A stretch of 64,000 nucleotides of DNA from an uncultured Nitrospiraceae bacterium (GTDB taxonomy: Bacteria > Nitrospirota > Thermodesulfovibrionia > Thermodesulfovibrionales > Dissulfurispiraceae): assembly GCA_963705105.1 (NCBI GenBank), contig CAVPIW010000005.1, positions 64,001-128,000 of the forward strand, read 5' to 3'. Under the pieces are notes generated by a model. It saw only the letters and a program-made list of their open reading frames with translations. It was not told where the DNA came from and ran no database searches. The position numbers were made by a program, and so were the translations under genes. Shown here in pieces: positions 19,367 through 29,789 of this stretch. Numbering within the stretch: position 1 is the stretch's first letter; each line of letters starts with the position of its first letter.

Positions 19367-20749
19367 ATGAGATTCGTTAACAGAAAAGAAGAGCTTGAGA
19401 TCCTGGAGAGGTTTTACAGGGAAGACAAATTCCATTTCATCCCGATCTATGGAAGAAGGAGGATCGGAAAGACAAGACTCGTCCAGGAATTCATCAGGGA
19501 CAAGCCCGCCCTATACTTTCTTGCCGATAGCGTTGCCGAGCAGGAGCAGTTGAGAAACCTCGGCAGGGAAGCCGGTGCCTTCTTCGAAGATATCCTCGCC
19601 CGGCGGGGGTTTGATGACTGGCACCAGTTCTTCGACTACCTGAAGAGGAAGATCAACAAAAGGACGATCCTTGTCATAGACGAGTTCCCCTATCTCGTAA
19701 ATTCAAACAAGGGCATTTCCTCCATTTTTCAGAAGGGCATTGACGAGCATCTTAAGGACACAAAGCTCTTTCTTATACTGATGGGGTCAGGCGTGGGGAT
19801 GATGGAAAAAGAGGTGCTTTTCTATAAGGCCCCGCTTTACGGAAGAAGAACGGGCTCTCTCGAAATGAAGGAGATGGCATTCGACTGCCTGAAGGACTTT
19901 TTCCCCCAAAAGGACATGGATGAACTTGTGTCCATCTATGGCGTAACAGGGACGATACCGGCCTATCTTGAGAAGCTCGACCCCGAAAAGGATATATTCC
20001 ACAATATCGAGGAGCAAATATTGAACAGGGGGACATTTCTCTATAACGAGGTCGAATACCTCCTCCGTGAGGAGTTGAGGGAGCCCCGGAACTATTTTGT
20101 GATTCTCAGGGCCATAGCACAGGGAAAGCGGAAGCTCTCCGAGATCATCAACGACACGGCATTTGAAAAGAGCCTTCTTTCACGGTACCTCGAAATACTC
20201 CGGAGCCTCCGGTTCATAGAGAAGGAAGTGCCGGTTACCGAGAAATACCCTGACAAAAGTAAGCTCGGACTCTATAGAATTCATGACCGGTTCTTTGAGT
20301 TCTGGTTCAAATATGTTTTCCCCAACAGAAGCAGGCTTGAGATTGGAAAAAGCGGGGAAGTGCTTCGGATGATAAAGGAGACCTTCGCCCGGCATCTCTC
20401 GTTCGCATTCGAGGATGTCTGCAAGCAGCACTGCCTTCAACTTATGCGGCAGGACAGGATCCGGTTTTCCTCGATAGGCAGGTGGTGGCAGAAGAACGAG
20501 GAGATAGACATCGTCGCCCTCGACGAGGAAAACAAGGAGATATATTTCGCTGAGGCCAAGTGGAGCAGGAAGCCCGTGGGCGTCGATATCCTGGATGATC
20601 TGAAGAGGAAGGCAGCCCTTGTCGAATGGAACAGAGAGAGACGGAAGGAGCATTTCATGCTCTTTTCAAGGTCCGGCTTTACTGATTCGATGACTAAGGC
20701 CGCCTCCAAGGAAGGCGTTATCCTGTTCAAGGGCGAGGAAGTTTTATAG
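19367..20749 (+). CDS. Archaeal-type AAA+ ATPase with a C-terminal DUF234/PD-(D/E)xK-like domain
   Basis: FVNRKEEL, GRRRIGKT, VIDEFPY, and GRWW..EEIDIVA..EAKW. Confidence 0.88.
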   Translation: MRFVNRKEELEILERFYREDKFHFIPIYGRRRIGKTRLVQEFIRDKPALYFLADSVAEQEQLRNLGREAGAFFEDILARRGFDDWHQFFDYLKRKINKRTILVIDEFPYLVNSNKGISSIFQKGIDEHLKDTKLFLILMGSGVGMMEKEVLFYKAPLYGRRTGSLEMKEMAFDCLKDFFPQKDMDELVSIYGVTGTIPAYLEKLDPEKDIFHNIEEQILNRGTFLYNEVEYLLREELREPRNYFVILRAIAQGKRKLSEIINDTAFEKSLLSRYLEILRSLRFIEKEVPVTEKYPDKSKLGLYRIHDRFFEFWFKYVFPNRSRLEIGKSGEVLRMIKETFARHLSFAFEDVCKQHCLQLMRQDRIRFSSIGRWWQKNEEIDIVALDEENKEIYFAEAKWSRKPVGVDILDDLKRKAALVEWNRERRKEHFMLFSRSGFTDSMTKAASKEGVILFKGEEVL

Positions 20750-20994
20750 GTTGACCTGAAATCAGAAGTGATAGGCGAAACTGTGGGAATATCAAACGCA
20801 GTAGACGAGAATTGTGTTGACAATCGGTCTTCCGGGTAAGCTGTTCATAGTATACTACGCGGCCACCCGCTCTTCAAAATCCTCGAAGACATATCGTTGA
20901 TACAAGGGCAGCCCATCGACAAGACGGACTTTTCCCCTTCATTCGTCGCTCATCACTTCTCATGTCCCCGTTATGGACATGCCTGTCCGCAGGC

Positions 20995-21130
20995 TGTCAC
21001 TTCCACATCTTCTCGTCTATCTTTTTAAAGTCCTCAACATTCTTCCGGAATTCAGCGAAATCCTTCCTGTCCCAGGTGCCGGCGAGGTGGTCCAGATCAT
21101 GATAAATAACGGGGTACCTCTTCTTCTCAA
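20995..21130 (-). pseudogene. Antitoxin C-terminal remnant
   Basis: Minus strand reads YHDLDHLAGTWDRKDFAEFRKNVEDFKKIDEKMWK*; no start codon visible. Confidence 0.45.
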
Positions 21131-21183
21131 TGGCCGGTTATTACCTAAATCATTACCCATTTGACTGGATATTACCTAATTCA

Positions 21184-21350
21184 TTATTTTTCTATCTTCT
21201 GCCAGCGGGCATTCTGTCCGCGTCCAAGACATTGTATCTTTTCAGCTGCCTGCATGTCTTTGAGTACATGCCGGATCATATCCATGCTTACTCCGGGACA
21301 TTCCCTCTGAATATCAGCAACATGAAATGAACCAACGGCACGCATAATAG
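21184..21350 (-). pseudogene. Winged-HTH C-terminal remnant, resembling a Fic-protein tail
   Basis: FHVADIQRECPGVSMDMIRHVL..IQCLGRGQNARW; no upstream body. Confidence 0.45.
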
Positions 21351-21491
21351 CGCCCGTATCCCGCCTGACGTCCCTGGAGGATGGTCTTCTCGTTGAAATC
21401 ATATAGAATTATAACAGGAAAAGACAGACACGCTGAATCTTGCTGGAAACAAGACAGAATTTGACCGTCTTGCGGGGCTTTGCTGGAAAGG

Positions 21492-21929
21492 TGTTGGGGC
21501 CGAGAAAAAAGAGCCATATCTGGCGGACCAAAACAGTCGACATAAAGGAGCCGAATATGGCGAAATATGGTTGCCATCTCCCAGCATCTGGTGATCATCG
21601 CTATTTGCCTTCCTACAGCTCACATTTTTATAGTGCCTTCATGATAAAATGTGCTGCCATGCCTGATGAAGAATCGATATCGTCGAGACAGTGGCAGCTT
21701 CGGCCGTCATCATTGATTGGTTCATCATTAATGGATATTTCTACCCTTCCAAGGGATCTTCTATCGACAGAGAGTGTGACGCTTCATTAGAATGAGCATT
21801 CTTTTCCCGGTGGTCACTGCCGTTTCAAGGGCAGTTTTGCAGCTATACTTTCATGCTGTAAAGGGAACCATTCTCGCCATATACGGTTCCTCCATCGCCG
21901 GATTCGGTTCCTTTCCCGCGGCGCTAACA
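21492..21929. mobile_element. 438-bp MITE with IS21-like ends, copy 1
   Basis: TGTT...AACA imperfect terminal inverted repeats; 5-bp target duplication AAAGG; matches 29089-29526. Confidence 0.9.
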
Positions 21930-21969
21930 AAAGGCGCTGCGCCGATATGCGCAACCTTTGATGTGAATG

Positions 21970-22013
21970 GTGGAGCTGAACGGGATCGAACCGTCGACCT
22001 CTTGAATGCCATT
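21970..22013 (-). repeat. att site: duplicated 3' part of tRNA-Ala
   Basis: 44 bp identical to 34009-34052. Confidence 0.93.
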
Positions 22014-22211
22014 TATTTTCAATCCGTTGTTAGATTTCAGCCAATGACCGACAATGCTTGATACTGCTTGAAAGAAACAATTAAGAAGGGATAACATCTT
22101 CGACGGTGTTATCCCTTCTTTTACCCTGTCAGGTATACAATAACTATACAAATTATATTAGCGATCAGTTTGCTCTTGATGTGCCTAATTGGTGATGAGT
22201 TTATTGACGAG

Positions 22212-22964
22212 TTAATCAGTGATATTGAGAAATTCTTTACATTCTTCATAAGATATCGCAAAGCTCCAATCGGTTATTTCATTCAGTCGCCGTGCTCCCC
22301 CTGGTAACATTCTGCCATTTCTTGTCTTGAAAGTCACATTAACGACACGTTTGCCTCTATCTTTTACATATTGAACGGCAGGGACATAATCTTGATCCCC
22401 GGACACAATAATCGCAGTATCATATATCTCTGTAAGCGTAATTAGATCGGTTGCAAACTTCACGTCTACCGCTTTTTCAGTTCCAAAACAATTGGTAAAC
22501 AGATCATAACGAATAGCGCCTGCACGTCTAAATTCCACAGCATCGTGTTCTAGTGCGATTTCATTTTGTATTTTGTCCCAACCTTTAAACCGGGTCGTCA
22601 TTTGGGCTTCCTTTTTCTTTAATGCCTCAGTCAATTCTTTCATTTTGTCCTTTCTATCTTCAGCTTCTAAGTCATCTAATATGTTCTTAAAAGGATCGTG
22701 TTTTGATAATATCTTATATAACATATCCGTCTTCTTCTCGGCATCCGGAAACTTGTAGGGGAAAAAATCAATATGTTGAACTACATACCAGTATGTTCTG
22801 ATTCTTTCTCCATCATCGTGAACTTTTTTCACCAAGAAATCAAAAAAATCTTTCCATTTGGCTTTATGGGGCAAGTAATCACTTTTATTGAACCTTTCAA
22901 ATAAGTCACAGATTGAATGCCGCAAATTTTCACCGTCAACAAATACGCAAACTCTTTTTCTCAC
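22212..22964 (-). CDS. NYN domain (LabA/DUF88) PIN-fold nuclease
   Basis: VFVDGENL, EKAVDVKFATD and IVSGDQDYVP; probable GTG start. Confidence 0.88.
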   Translation of the reverse strand: MRKRVCVFVDGENLRHSICDLFERFNKSDYLPHKAKWKDFFDFLVKKVHDDGERIRTYWYVVQHIDFFPYKFPDAEKKTDMLYKILSKHDPFKNILDDLEAEDRKDKMKELTEALKKKEAQMTTRFKGWDKIQNEIALEHDAVEFRRAGAIRYDLFTNCFGTEKAVDVKFATDLITLTEIYDTAIIVSGDQDYVPAVQYVKDRGKRVVNVTFKTRNGRMLPGGARRLNEITDWSFAISYEECKEFLNITD

Positions 22965-23266
22965 TAAATATCCCCCATAAAATGAAAAGGCGAGAAGCAA
23001 GCAGCCTCTCGCCCAATAAATGGGTTGAAGACGCGCTCCAACCCCCTGATATCTTTTCACGTTATTCTAAAATTAAACCGCCTTTGTAGTCAAGATATTT
23101 TTTCTCCTCGTGCCTCTTCTCCTTGACTGCCTTCCCTTCTTCGGTTATGATTTGTAGATGAAAAGGAGAAGACCATGTGCATTAATTTGAACTGGAAGAT
23201 ACGATCAAAAGTAAAACCGGTGTCGACGGGCTTGAATAATTCACCAATTCCAGTTGAGATACGCCC

Positions 23267-23896
23267 ATGAAAACAAGGATTAGTCTCCATTGGTTGGACA
23301 TCACCATAATCGTTTTCTTGTTACTCATTGTTATGCCCCAAGCTCAAGCAGAAACATATAAAGGTATTGGCCCACTAGATTCTTTATCTGATTTGAAGGC
23401 CAAGTTTCCAGGTGCAACCTTCAAAAGAGAACATCCTGCATGGGCACAAGAGAATGACGTGATGTACTCAATTACCGGAGAAGGTATGAGTGGTACAATA
23501 GTCGTCAACTTTTATGATGATCGTCCTTATTGGCGTCAGCTTTTATCAGAAGAGCAAGATGAAACAAAGAAGGAGGCATTAAGGTCTCTGGCAAACACAC
23601 CCGACGATGAAATCACAGTTTCAACGGTTCGTTGGGTTCCTGATTATCCATTTCCAGTGTCACGATTAATCACAAAATATGGCAAGCCTGACAGGAGTGA
23701 TTTTTCAGAGGACAATTACCAGGCCTACAAGGAATGGACATCGAGAAGAATGCGAGCCTATCTGACGGATGATGCAAAAAATGTCATGCGTATAGACTTC
23801 GGTTTTACCGACAAAGAAAGGCAGGATGCATGGAAGAAGAAGTTCGGCTTTGTTCCGAATTCTTTATCAAAAGAGAAGAAAGGGAAGAAGAAATAG
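23267..23896 (+). CDS. Hypothetical exported protein
   Basis: Hydrophobic N-terminus ending AQA; 209 aa. Confidence 0.7.
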   Translation: MKTRISLHWLDITIIVFLLLIVMPQAQAETYKGIGPLDSLSDLKAKFPGATFKREHPAWAQENDVMYSITGEGMSGTIVVNFYDDRPYWRQLLSEEQDETKKEALRSLANTPDDEITVSTVRWVPDYPFPVSRLITKYGKPDRSDFSEDNYQAYKEWTSRRMRAYLTDDAKNVMRIDFGFTDKERQDAWKKKFGFVPNSLSKEKKGKKK

Positions 23897-24155
23897 AATC
23901 CATCAGTATATACACTTTTCACGTTCATCTATAGGAGACTTTTGTGCCAACCCAGAACAGGACGTGTATCAGTGGTGGCAAGGGTTTTTCATAGTTTCAT
24001 ACTGACTAATTGCGAAGTCAGTCAAAAAGTCGCCCTAATCGTGCGAGGCCTTTCTCTATCTTTCTTTTTATCTTCACTCAAATATCGCCATGCTTGTCGG
24101 AAGTTTAATTCGGGTCGTCGCTTTATAAATATAGATTTCTTAATAAGGAGGGGAC

Positions 24156-24389
24156 ATGGAGAGTTGGTGGTGGAAAATACCTTTCGTCTTGGTTGCCGGC
24201 ATAGAGTTGCTTCGACTTTTTCATAGGAAAGCCGTGGAGGCAGAGTTTGAGAGAAACGAGAAGTTTGCACCACCCTCAGCGCGACAATTACGGTGGCATA
24301 TTCGTCATACGAGAGAGGACATAATGGTATTGGTAAAACTTGGTTACATAAATGCTGTTCTTTTACTCGGTATACTATTGGGTTCATAG
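24156..24389 (+). CDS. Small hypothetical membrane protein
   Basis: AAGGAGG RBS; two hydrophobic segments. Confidence 0.6.
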   Translation: MESWWWKIPFVLVAGIELLRLFHRKAVEAEFERNEKFAPPSARQLRWHIRHTREDIMVLVKLGYINAVLLLGILLGS

Positions 24390-24505
24390 GGTTGCGAACT
24401 GATTGCCCGTGACCAGGTAATGCATGAACAAGAAACCCGAAATCTGATGCAAGTTGCGAATGTAATGAACAATTCAGAAATCTTTTTTCTATGGAGTAAT
24501 GACTA

Positions 24506-24925
24506 ATGAAAATAGCAATGTTGACTTTAATATTCCTGACTATTGCCACTCCTCTTTTTTCAAAAGAAATTATTATTTTCACGGGCGTGCCTGAAATCAA
24601 AATAAGCGAGGGTGGACTCAATCGTGTGCCTGAAAAACTAACCAAAGACAAGGCGATCAAATTCAAATGTACTATCACAAAGATTGATGATAAATATTAT
24701 TGGACATCAAGAGAGAACGTCGAATTAATCCCTATCGACAACATGGCATTCATTACTTATTGGGCAGTCAACGGTTCCGGATATATTCGTGTCGTTAAGC
24801 CTGAAATGGGAAAAGAAGTAAAGCAAATAGGGGCTATGGCTGGGGATCCGGAGGAAAAGTTTGACTATGTGGAACATTTATTGTTAGGGCTAAAATCTGT
24901 TACCTATTATGGAAAATCTACATAG
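24506..24925 (+). CDS. Hypothetical exported protein
   Basis: MKIAMLTLIFLTIATPLFS signal peptide; GGAG RBS. Confidence 0.7.
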   Translation: MKIAMLTLIFLTIATPLFSKEIIIFTGVPEIKISEGGLNRVPEKLTKDKAIKFKCTITKIDDKYYWTSRENVELIPIDNMAFITYWAVNGSGYIRVVKPEMGKEVKQIGAMAGDPEEKFDYVEHLLLGLKSVTYYGKST

Positions 24926-25165
24926 GGGCCTTCTAAAAATAAATGGCTATGGCATGTTGGTCCCATCAAATTACTTGACTCCCATCTCCCTATCGTCTAT
25001 GATTAGAAAAATGTTGTAGTAAGCAAATATATAATATTTGGCATCATGATCCTGAATATCCTGTTTCAAAATATTGATCCTCACATCATCTTTAGTGCTT
25101 TCGAGCACTTCCGCTATAGCTGAGTCTGAAAACAAAAGATAAAAACCCAATTTGGAAGTTAAGCA

Positions 25166-25777
25166 TTGGCGTTAATGTGTCCATGTAGTAAAAGCAGCGC
25201 GATGAGAATAACGAGGAATATCAATAGTATTAGTTATTTATTAGTATTAATGTTGACCATTCTCGCAATTCATGGTTGTTCCCATCATGAAATAGACACT
25301 TGGGAGAAATGGTGCGAGAAAATGTCTGGCGTTGATCTCGAAAAGAAATATAACAAGTGGGGATTCTTTGCAGTCAGTTATAATGCAAATGCAATACGCA
25401 ACGATTTTACAAAAAAATTTAATGACATTGTTGTTTCGGATATTGGTATTAAATATTTGGCTGGTGCGAAACCAGATTCTAAAGTCATACAAGAATTATC
25501 TCGCCTCAGAATGATTGGAGTTTGGTCTGAAGGGTATACGCTTCATATCGCCAATTCATTACTGATAAAAGATGACAAATTGGGAATAAATGAATTCAAC
25601 GAGTTTGTGACGAAATTCAAATATTATCTTGACATCAAATCTATTCGTGACAGACTTGATGACTTCCAATATTGTTTATTTGGCACAATTAATTCTTTTT
25701 TTGATACCGTCGTCTTGCATGGGCCAGATGAAAATGATCGTATTGAGATAAAAGTTGATCATTCCTTTAAGAAATAA
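25166..25777 (+). CDS. Hypothetical lipoprotein
   Basis: Hydrophobic stretch followed by a lipobox-like IHGC; start uncertain. Confidence 0.6.
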   Translation: MALMCPCSKSSAMRITRNINSISYLLVLMLTILAIHGCSHHEIDTWEKWCEKMSGVDLEKKYNKWGFFAVSYNANAIRNDFTKKFNDIVVSDIGIKYLAGAKPDSKVIQELSRLRMIGVWSEGYTLHIANSLLIKDDKLGINEFNEFVTKFKYYLDIKSIRDRLDDFQYCLFGTINSFFDTVVLHGPDENDRIEIKVDHSFKK

Positions 25778-26020
25778 CATTTAGGATTTATATTTTTTTC
25801 TGACATTCCAATAATATGTTCCCATTGCACAAAACCAATCGAATCAGCATCACAATTCTGCTTTCATTTATATTTGTATCCTTACTCGGCTGTGCAAAAT
25901 TTAGAGAAGGAGAATGCATTCAAAATATTTCAGATGGCGGTATTTGGCGAATCACTTCAGTCAATCAGGGCGTCAAGTGACATAAGTATAAGCAATTAGT
26001 CATCACATTCAGAATTTCGC

Positions 26021-26288
26021 ATGAGAAAGAAAAAAGAGATAAAATTTGATCCCGCTGATTACGACCTTTTGGACAAGGCGCCTTTGAGAAAATACATTGC
26101 AGCAATTCTGTTACGCAATGATGCTTTTATAGAAGATTGCAAAAGAGCTGAAAGCATGTCAGGAAAAGAAAAGTATCAGTACGAAATAGATTTTTATAGG
26201 AAATATAAAGTCTATAGTCCGTCATTAATTAATTTACAAGAAAACCACAACTTATTTATGAATACTGGAGTTAGTGCATATCGCATTT
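26021..26288 (+). pseudogene. Hypothetical gene truncated by IS3
   Basis: ORF MRKKKEIKFD... runs into the IS end at 26289; a possible tail NYYMKALALINGEYKKYI* follows 28516. Confidence 0.65.
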
Positions 26289-26322
26289 TGGGGTCGGTTG
26301 TCAATAGTGGACACCAAACCTC

Positions 26323-27186
26323 TCATGCTGCCTGTGCATTCATATGGTATGCTTTTTCAAAAGCAGCAGGTGAAAGATACCCAAGTCTTGCCTGCCGCCG
26401 CTGCCGATTGTAGAACACCTCGATATACTCGGTGATCTCCCGAATCGCCTCCTGCCTCGTCTTATACCGCCTGTGATGCACAAGTTCACTTTTCAACACT
26501 CCCCAGAAACTCTCCATCGGCGCGTTGTCATAGCAGTTGCCCGTCCCGCTCATTGAGGCATTCATCTTCAAGTGTTTCAGCAGCTTCCTGTAGTCATGCG
26601 CACAATACTGACTGCCCCGGTCAGAGTGGTGTATCAGCTCTGCAGGAGGACGTTTCGCCCAGATCGCTCGTAACAACGATTCCCTGACAAGGTTCTGTGT
26701 TATCCTCTCCCCCATCGCATACCCCACAATCTCTCCCGCAAAAAGGTCCTTATGCGCTGCAAGATATAGCCACCCTTCCTCCGTCGGGATATACGTGATG
26801 TCGCTGACCCACACGCGGCCCGGTGCCGTCGCCTCAAAGTCTTGCTGTAGCAGATTGTCCGCCACAGGTAACGTATGCCGCGAGTCCGTTGTGACCTTGA
26901 ACCGCCGCTTTTGTTTGCACCGTATCCCCAATTTCCTGCGTATCCTCTTGATTCGGCTCACTCCTGCTTTCACCCCGTGGGCTGCCAAATCCTTCTGCAG
27001 ACGCTCCGGACCATACGTCCCTCGTGTGCGCTCGTGTGCCGCCTGTATCTCGACCTCCAACCGCGCCTCCTCTTTGGCATGGGCGGACGCGGGCCGACTG
27101 ACCCAGGCAAAATAACCGCTCGCCGATACATCAAAAACACGGCTCATAAACGGGATCGGATACTCGAGTCGCAATTCATTCATCAT
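26323..27186 (-). CDS. IS3 transposase OrfB (DDE)
   Basis: WVSDITY, HHSDRGSQY and DNAPMESFWG. Confidence 0.95.
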   Translation of the reverse strand: MMNELRLEYPIPFMSRVFDVSASGYFAWVSRPASAHAKEEARLEVEIQAAHERTRGTYGPERLQKDLAAHGVKAGVSRIKRIRRKLGIRCKQKRRFKVTTDSRHTLPVADNLLQQDFEATAPGRVWVSDITYIPTEEGWLYLAAHKDLFAGEIVGYAMGERITQNLVRESLLRAIWAKRPPAELIHHSDRGSQYCAHDYRKLLKHLKMNASMSGTGNCYDNAPMESFWGVLKSELVHHRRYKTRQEAIREITEYIEVFYNRQRRQARLGYLSPAAFEKAYHMNAQAA

Positions 27187-27497
27187 CGCGTACCTGGCTG
27201 CGACTCCCTCGCAAAGTACGCGGCCGCTTTTTTTAACAGGTCCCGCTCCATCCTCGTCTCTATAAGCTCTTTCTTGACTCTTGCCAGTTCCATCTCTATC
27301 TCGGTGAGGGGCCGATAGTTCTTGCCGATGTCCTTGAGTTTGCCGGCCTTATACGCCTTGACCCAGTTGCCCAACGTAGATGGCGGCAACGACAACCGAT
27401 GGGCCACTTCAGGTAATGACATGCCTGTCTCCACAATCATCTTCACTGCTTCCTCTCGAAATTCCTTCGTGTACCGTCCTTGCGGAATCCCTTTCAT
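27183..27497 (-). CDS. IS3 transposase OrfA
   Basis: YTKEFREEAVK HTH; A7G slippery motif near the 3' end; ATGA overlap with orfB. Confidence 0.93.
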   Translation of the reverse strand: MKGIPQGRYTKEFREEAVKMIVETGMSLPEVAHRLSLPPSTLGNWVKAYKAGKLKDIGKNYRPLTEIEMELARVKKELIETRMERDLLKKAAAYFARESQPGTR

Positions 27498-27559
27498 TCT
27501 GACACCTCCGTCTTTCTTAGTTTACCGACTTTGGTGTCCACTTTTTCCATCCTACCTCA

Positions 27560-28516
27560 CAATACTGACTGCCCCGGTCAGAGTGGTGTATCAGCTCTGC
27601 AGGAGGACGTTTCGCCCAGATCGCTCGTAACAACGATTCCCTGACAAGGTTCTGTGTTATCCTCTCCCCCATCGCATACCCCACAATCTCTCCCGCAAAA
27701 AGGTCCTTATGCGCTGCAAGATATAGCCACCCTTCCTCCGTCGGGATATACGTGATGTCGCTGACCCACACGCGGCCCGGTGCCGTCGCCTCAAAGTCTT
27801 GCTGTAGCAGATTGTCCGCCACAGGTAACGTATGCCGCGAGTCCGTTGTGACCTTGAACCGCCGCTTTTGTTTGCACCGTATCCCCAATTTCCTGCGTAT
27901 CCTCTTGATTCGGCTCACTCCTGCTTTCACCCCGTGGGCTGCCAAATCCTTCTGCAGACGCTCCGGACCATACGTCCCTCGTGTGCGCTCGTGTGCCGCC
28001 TGTATCTCGACCTCCAACCGCGCCTCCTCTTTGGCATGGGCGGACGCGGGCCGACTGACCCAGGCAAAATAACCGCTCGCCGATACATCAAAAACACGGC
28101 TCATAAACGGGATCGGATACTCGAGTCGCAATTCATTCATCATCGCGTACCTGGCTGCGACTCCCTCGCAAAGTACGCGGCCGCTTTTTTTAACAGGTCC
28201 CGCTCCATCCTCGTCTCTATAAGCTCTTTCTTGACTCTTGCCAGTTCCATCTCTATCTCGGTGAGGGGCCGATAGTTCTTGCCGATGTCCTTGAGTTTGC
28301 CGGCCTTATACGCCTTGACCCAGTTGCCCAACGTAGATGGCGGCAACGACAACCGATGGGCCACTTCAGGTAATGACATGCCTGTCTCCACAATCATCTT
28401 CACTGCTTCCTCTCGAAATTCCTTCGTGTACCGTCCTTGCGGAATCCCTTTCATTCTGACACCTCCGTCTTTCTTAGTTTACCGACTTTGGTGTCCACTT
28501 TTTCCATCCTACCTCA
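27560..28516 (-). mobile_element. IS3-family element, truncated tandem copy (intact orfA 28140-28454, orfB cut after HSDRGSQYC)
   Basis: Same sequence as the full copy but lacks the right end; abuts the left end of the full copy. Confidence 0.93.
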
Positions 28517-28664
28517 AGAATTATTACATGAAAGCATTGGCTCTGATTAATGGTGAGTATAAGAAATACATTTAACCCCTAAATAACTATCCCCCCTTAT
28601 TTTCTTTAAACAACCTGCTTTATCATTCGTGCCTTCCAGTATGCCCTTTGAATAAAATCAAGGC

Positions 28665-28961
28665 ATGATAAAGAACAACGAGCAATCGGAAAAGCTCTAC
28701 ACAACTTTAGATGCTTACCAAGCCGGATTCTTAACCCTCAGAGGATTTATCCCCAAGCTTATTGACCAAAACAGGAAGATCGTCTTTGTCTTCATCCAGT
28801 CAGACGACCTTTTAAGAGAACTTTCCGAATATAACTCGGGTGCAATTGTTGAAGCATCCAAGTTCGCATTTGCAGTAAAGACTTTAAAGAGCCAGATCCA
28901 TTCAATGAGAAGGGGAAAAGAAGAAGTCAATGCGAGCGAAAAATACAAAAAGTTGGATTAA
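28665..28961 (+). CDS. Small phage/satellite-type protein (DUF5659-like)
   Basis: YTTLDAYQAGFL..RKIVFVF..LKSQI pattern; overlaps the next gene. Confidence 0.6.
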   Translation: MIKNNEQSEKLYTTLDAYQAGFLTLRGFIPKLIDQNRKIVFVFIQSDDLLRELSEYNSGAIVEASKFAFAVKTLKSQIHSMRRGKEEVNASEKYKKLD

Positions 28962-29774
28962 AGGTGGCTTCGTTGCTATTACCTTTGAACTGATGGACAG
29001 TAAGGCATTCAGAGTCATGAATGCATCGGCCTTGAAGGCGTTTATTTTCTGCATGAGAAAGGTAAAAATTGACGATCCTATCGACAGGTGTTGGGGCCGA
29101 GAAAAAAGAGCCATATCTGGCGGACCAAAACAGTCGACATAAAGGAGCCGAATATGGCGAAATATGGTTGCCATCTCCCAGCATCTGGTGATCATCGCTA
29201 TTTGCCTTCCTACAGCTCACATTTTTATAGTGCCTTCATGATAAAATGTGCTGCCATGCCTGATGAAGAATCGATATCGTCGAGACAGTGGCAGCTTCGG
29301 CCGTCATCATTGATTGGTTCATCATTAATGGATATTTCTACCCTTCCAAGGGATCTTCTATCGACAGAGAGTGTGACGCTTCATTAGAATGAGCATTCTT
29401 TTCCCGGTGGTCACTGCCGTTTCAAGGGCAGTTTTGCAGCTATACTTTCATGCTGTAAAGGGAACCATTCTCGCCATATACGGTTCCTCCATCGCCGGAT
29501 TCGGTTCCTTTCCCGCGGCGCTAACAACAGGTTCAAATACCATTTCTCTCTTACATATCCAGAGGCGAAGAAACAGGGACTAACAGACTCTACTTTTTAC
29601 CGTGGAATGAAACAACTCCAGGAGTTGGGTTTTATTGATTGCGTGATGAAAGGCGGACTTGATAACGGCATAAAAAAGCCGACGATTTATCGATTATCTC
29701 AGAGATGGAAAGATTATGGGACTCAAGACTTCAAGAAACTGCATGACGGATATTGTGAGAAAGTACATGGCTAA
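28930..29774 (+). pseudogene. Winged-HTH (replication-initiator-like) gene split by the MITE
   Basis: Removing 29089-29531 joins ...DDPIDR in frame to FKYHFSLTY..STFYRGMKQLQELGFID..IYRLSQRWKDYGT. Confidence 0.8.
29089..29526. mobile_element. 438-bp MITE with IS21-like ends, copy 2
   Basis: Same sequence as copy 1; 5-bp target duplication ACAGG. Confidence 0.9.
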
Positions 29775-29789
29775 GGCTCGCTCTTTTTG

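Larger units (their letters stand above)
26289..27559 (-). mobile_element. IS3-family element, full copy (1271 bp)
   Basis: Ends TGAGGTAGGATGGAAAAAGTGGACACC and TGGGGTCGGTTGTCAATAGTGGACACC; orfA and orfB present. Confidence 0.95.

Noticed and set aside
20760..20990. PIN toxin remnant downstream of the antitoxin fragment
   Set aside because: Too many stops and too little similarity to support by eye.
10460..21490. Integron cassette array explaining the TA cluster
   Set aside because: Genes lie on both strands, no repeated attC-like sites were seen between them, and the only integrase looks phage-type and is tied to the tRNA att site.
21314..22061. Short ORFs within and across the 438-bp MITE
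   Set aside because: Most cross the element boundaries, they lack motifs, and they overlap each other on both strands.
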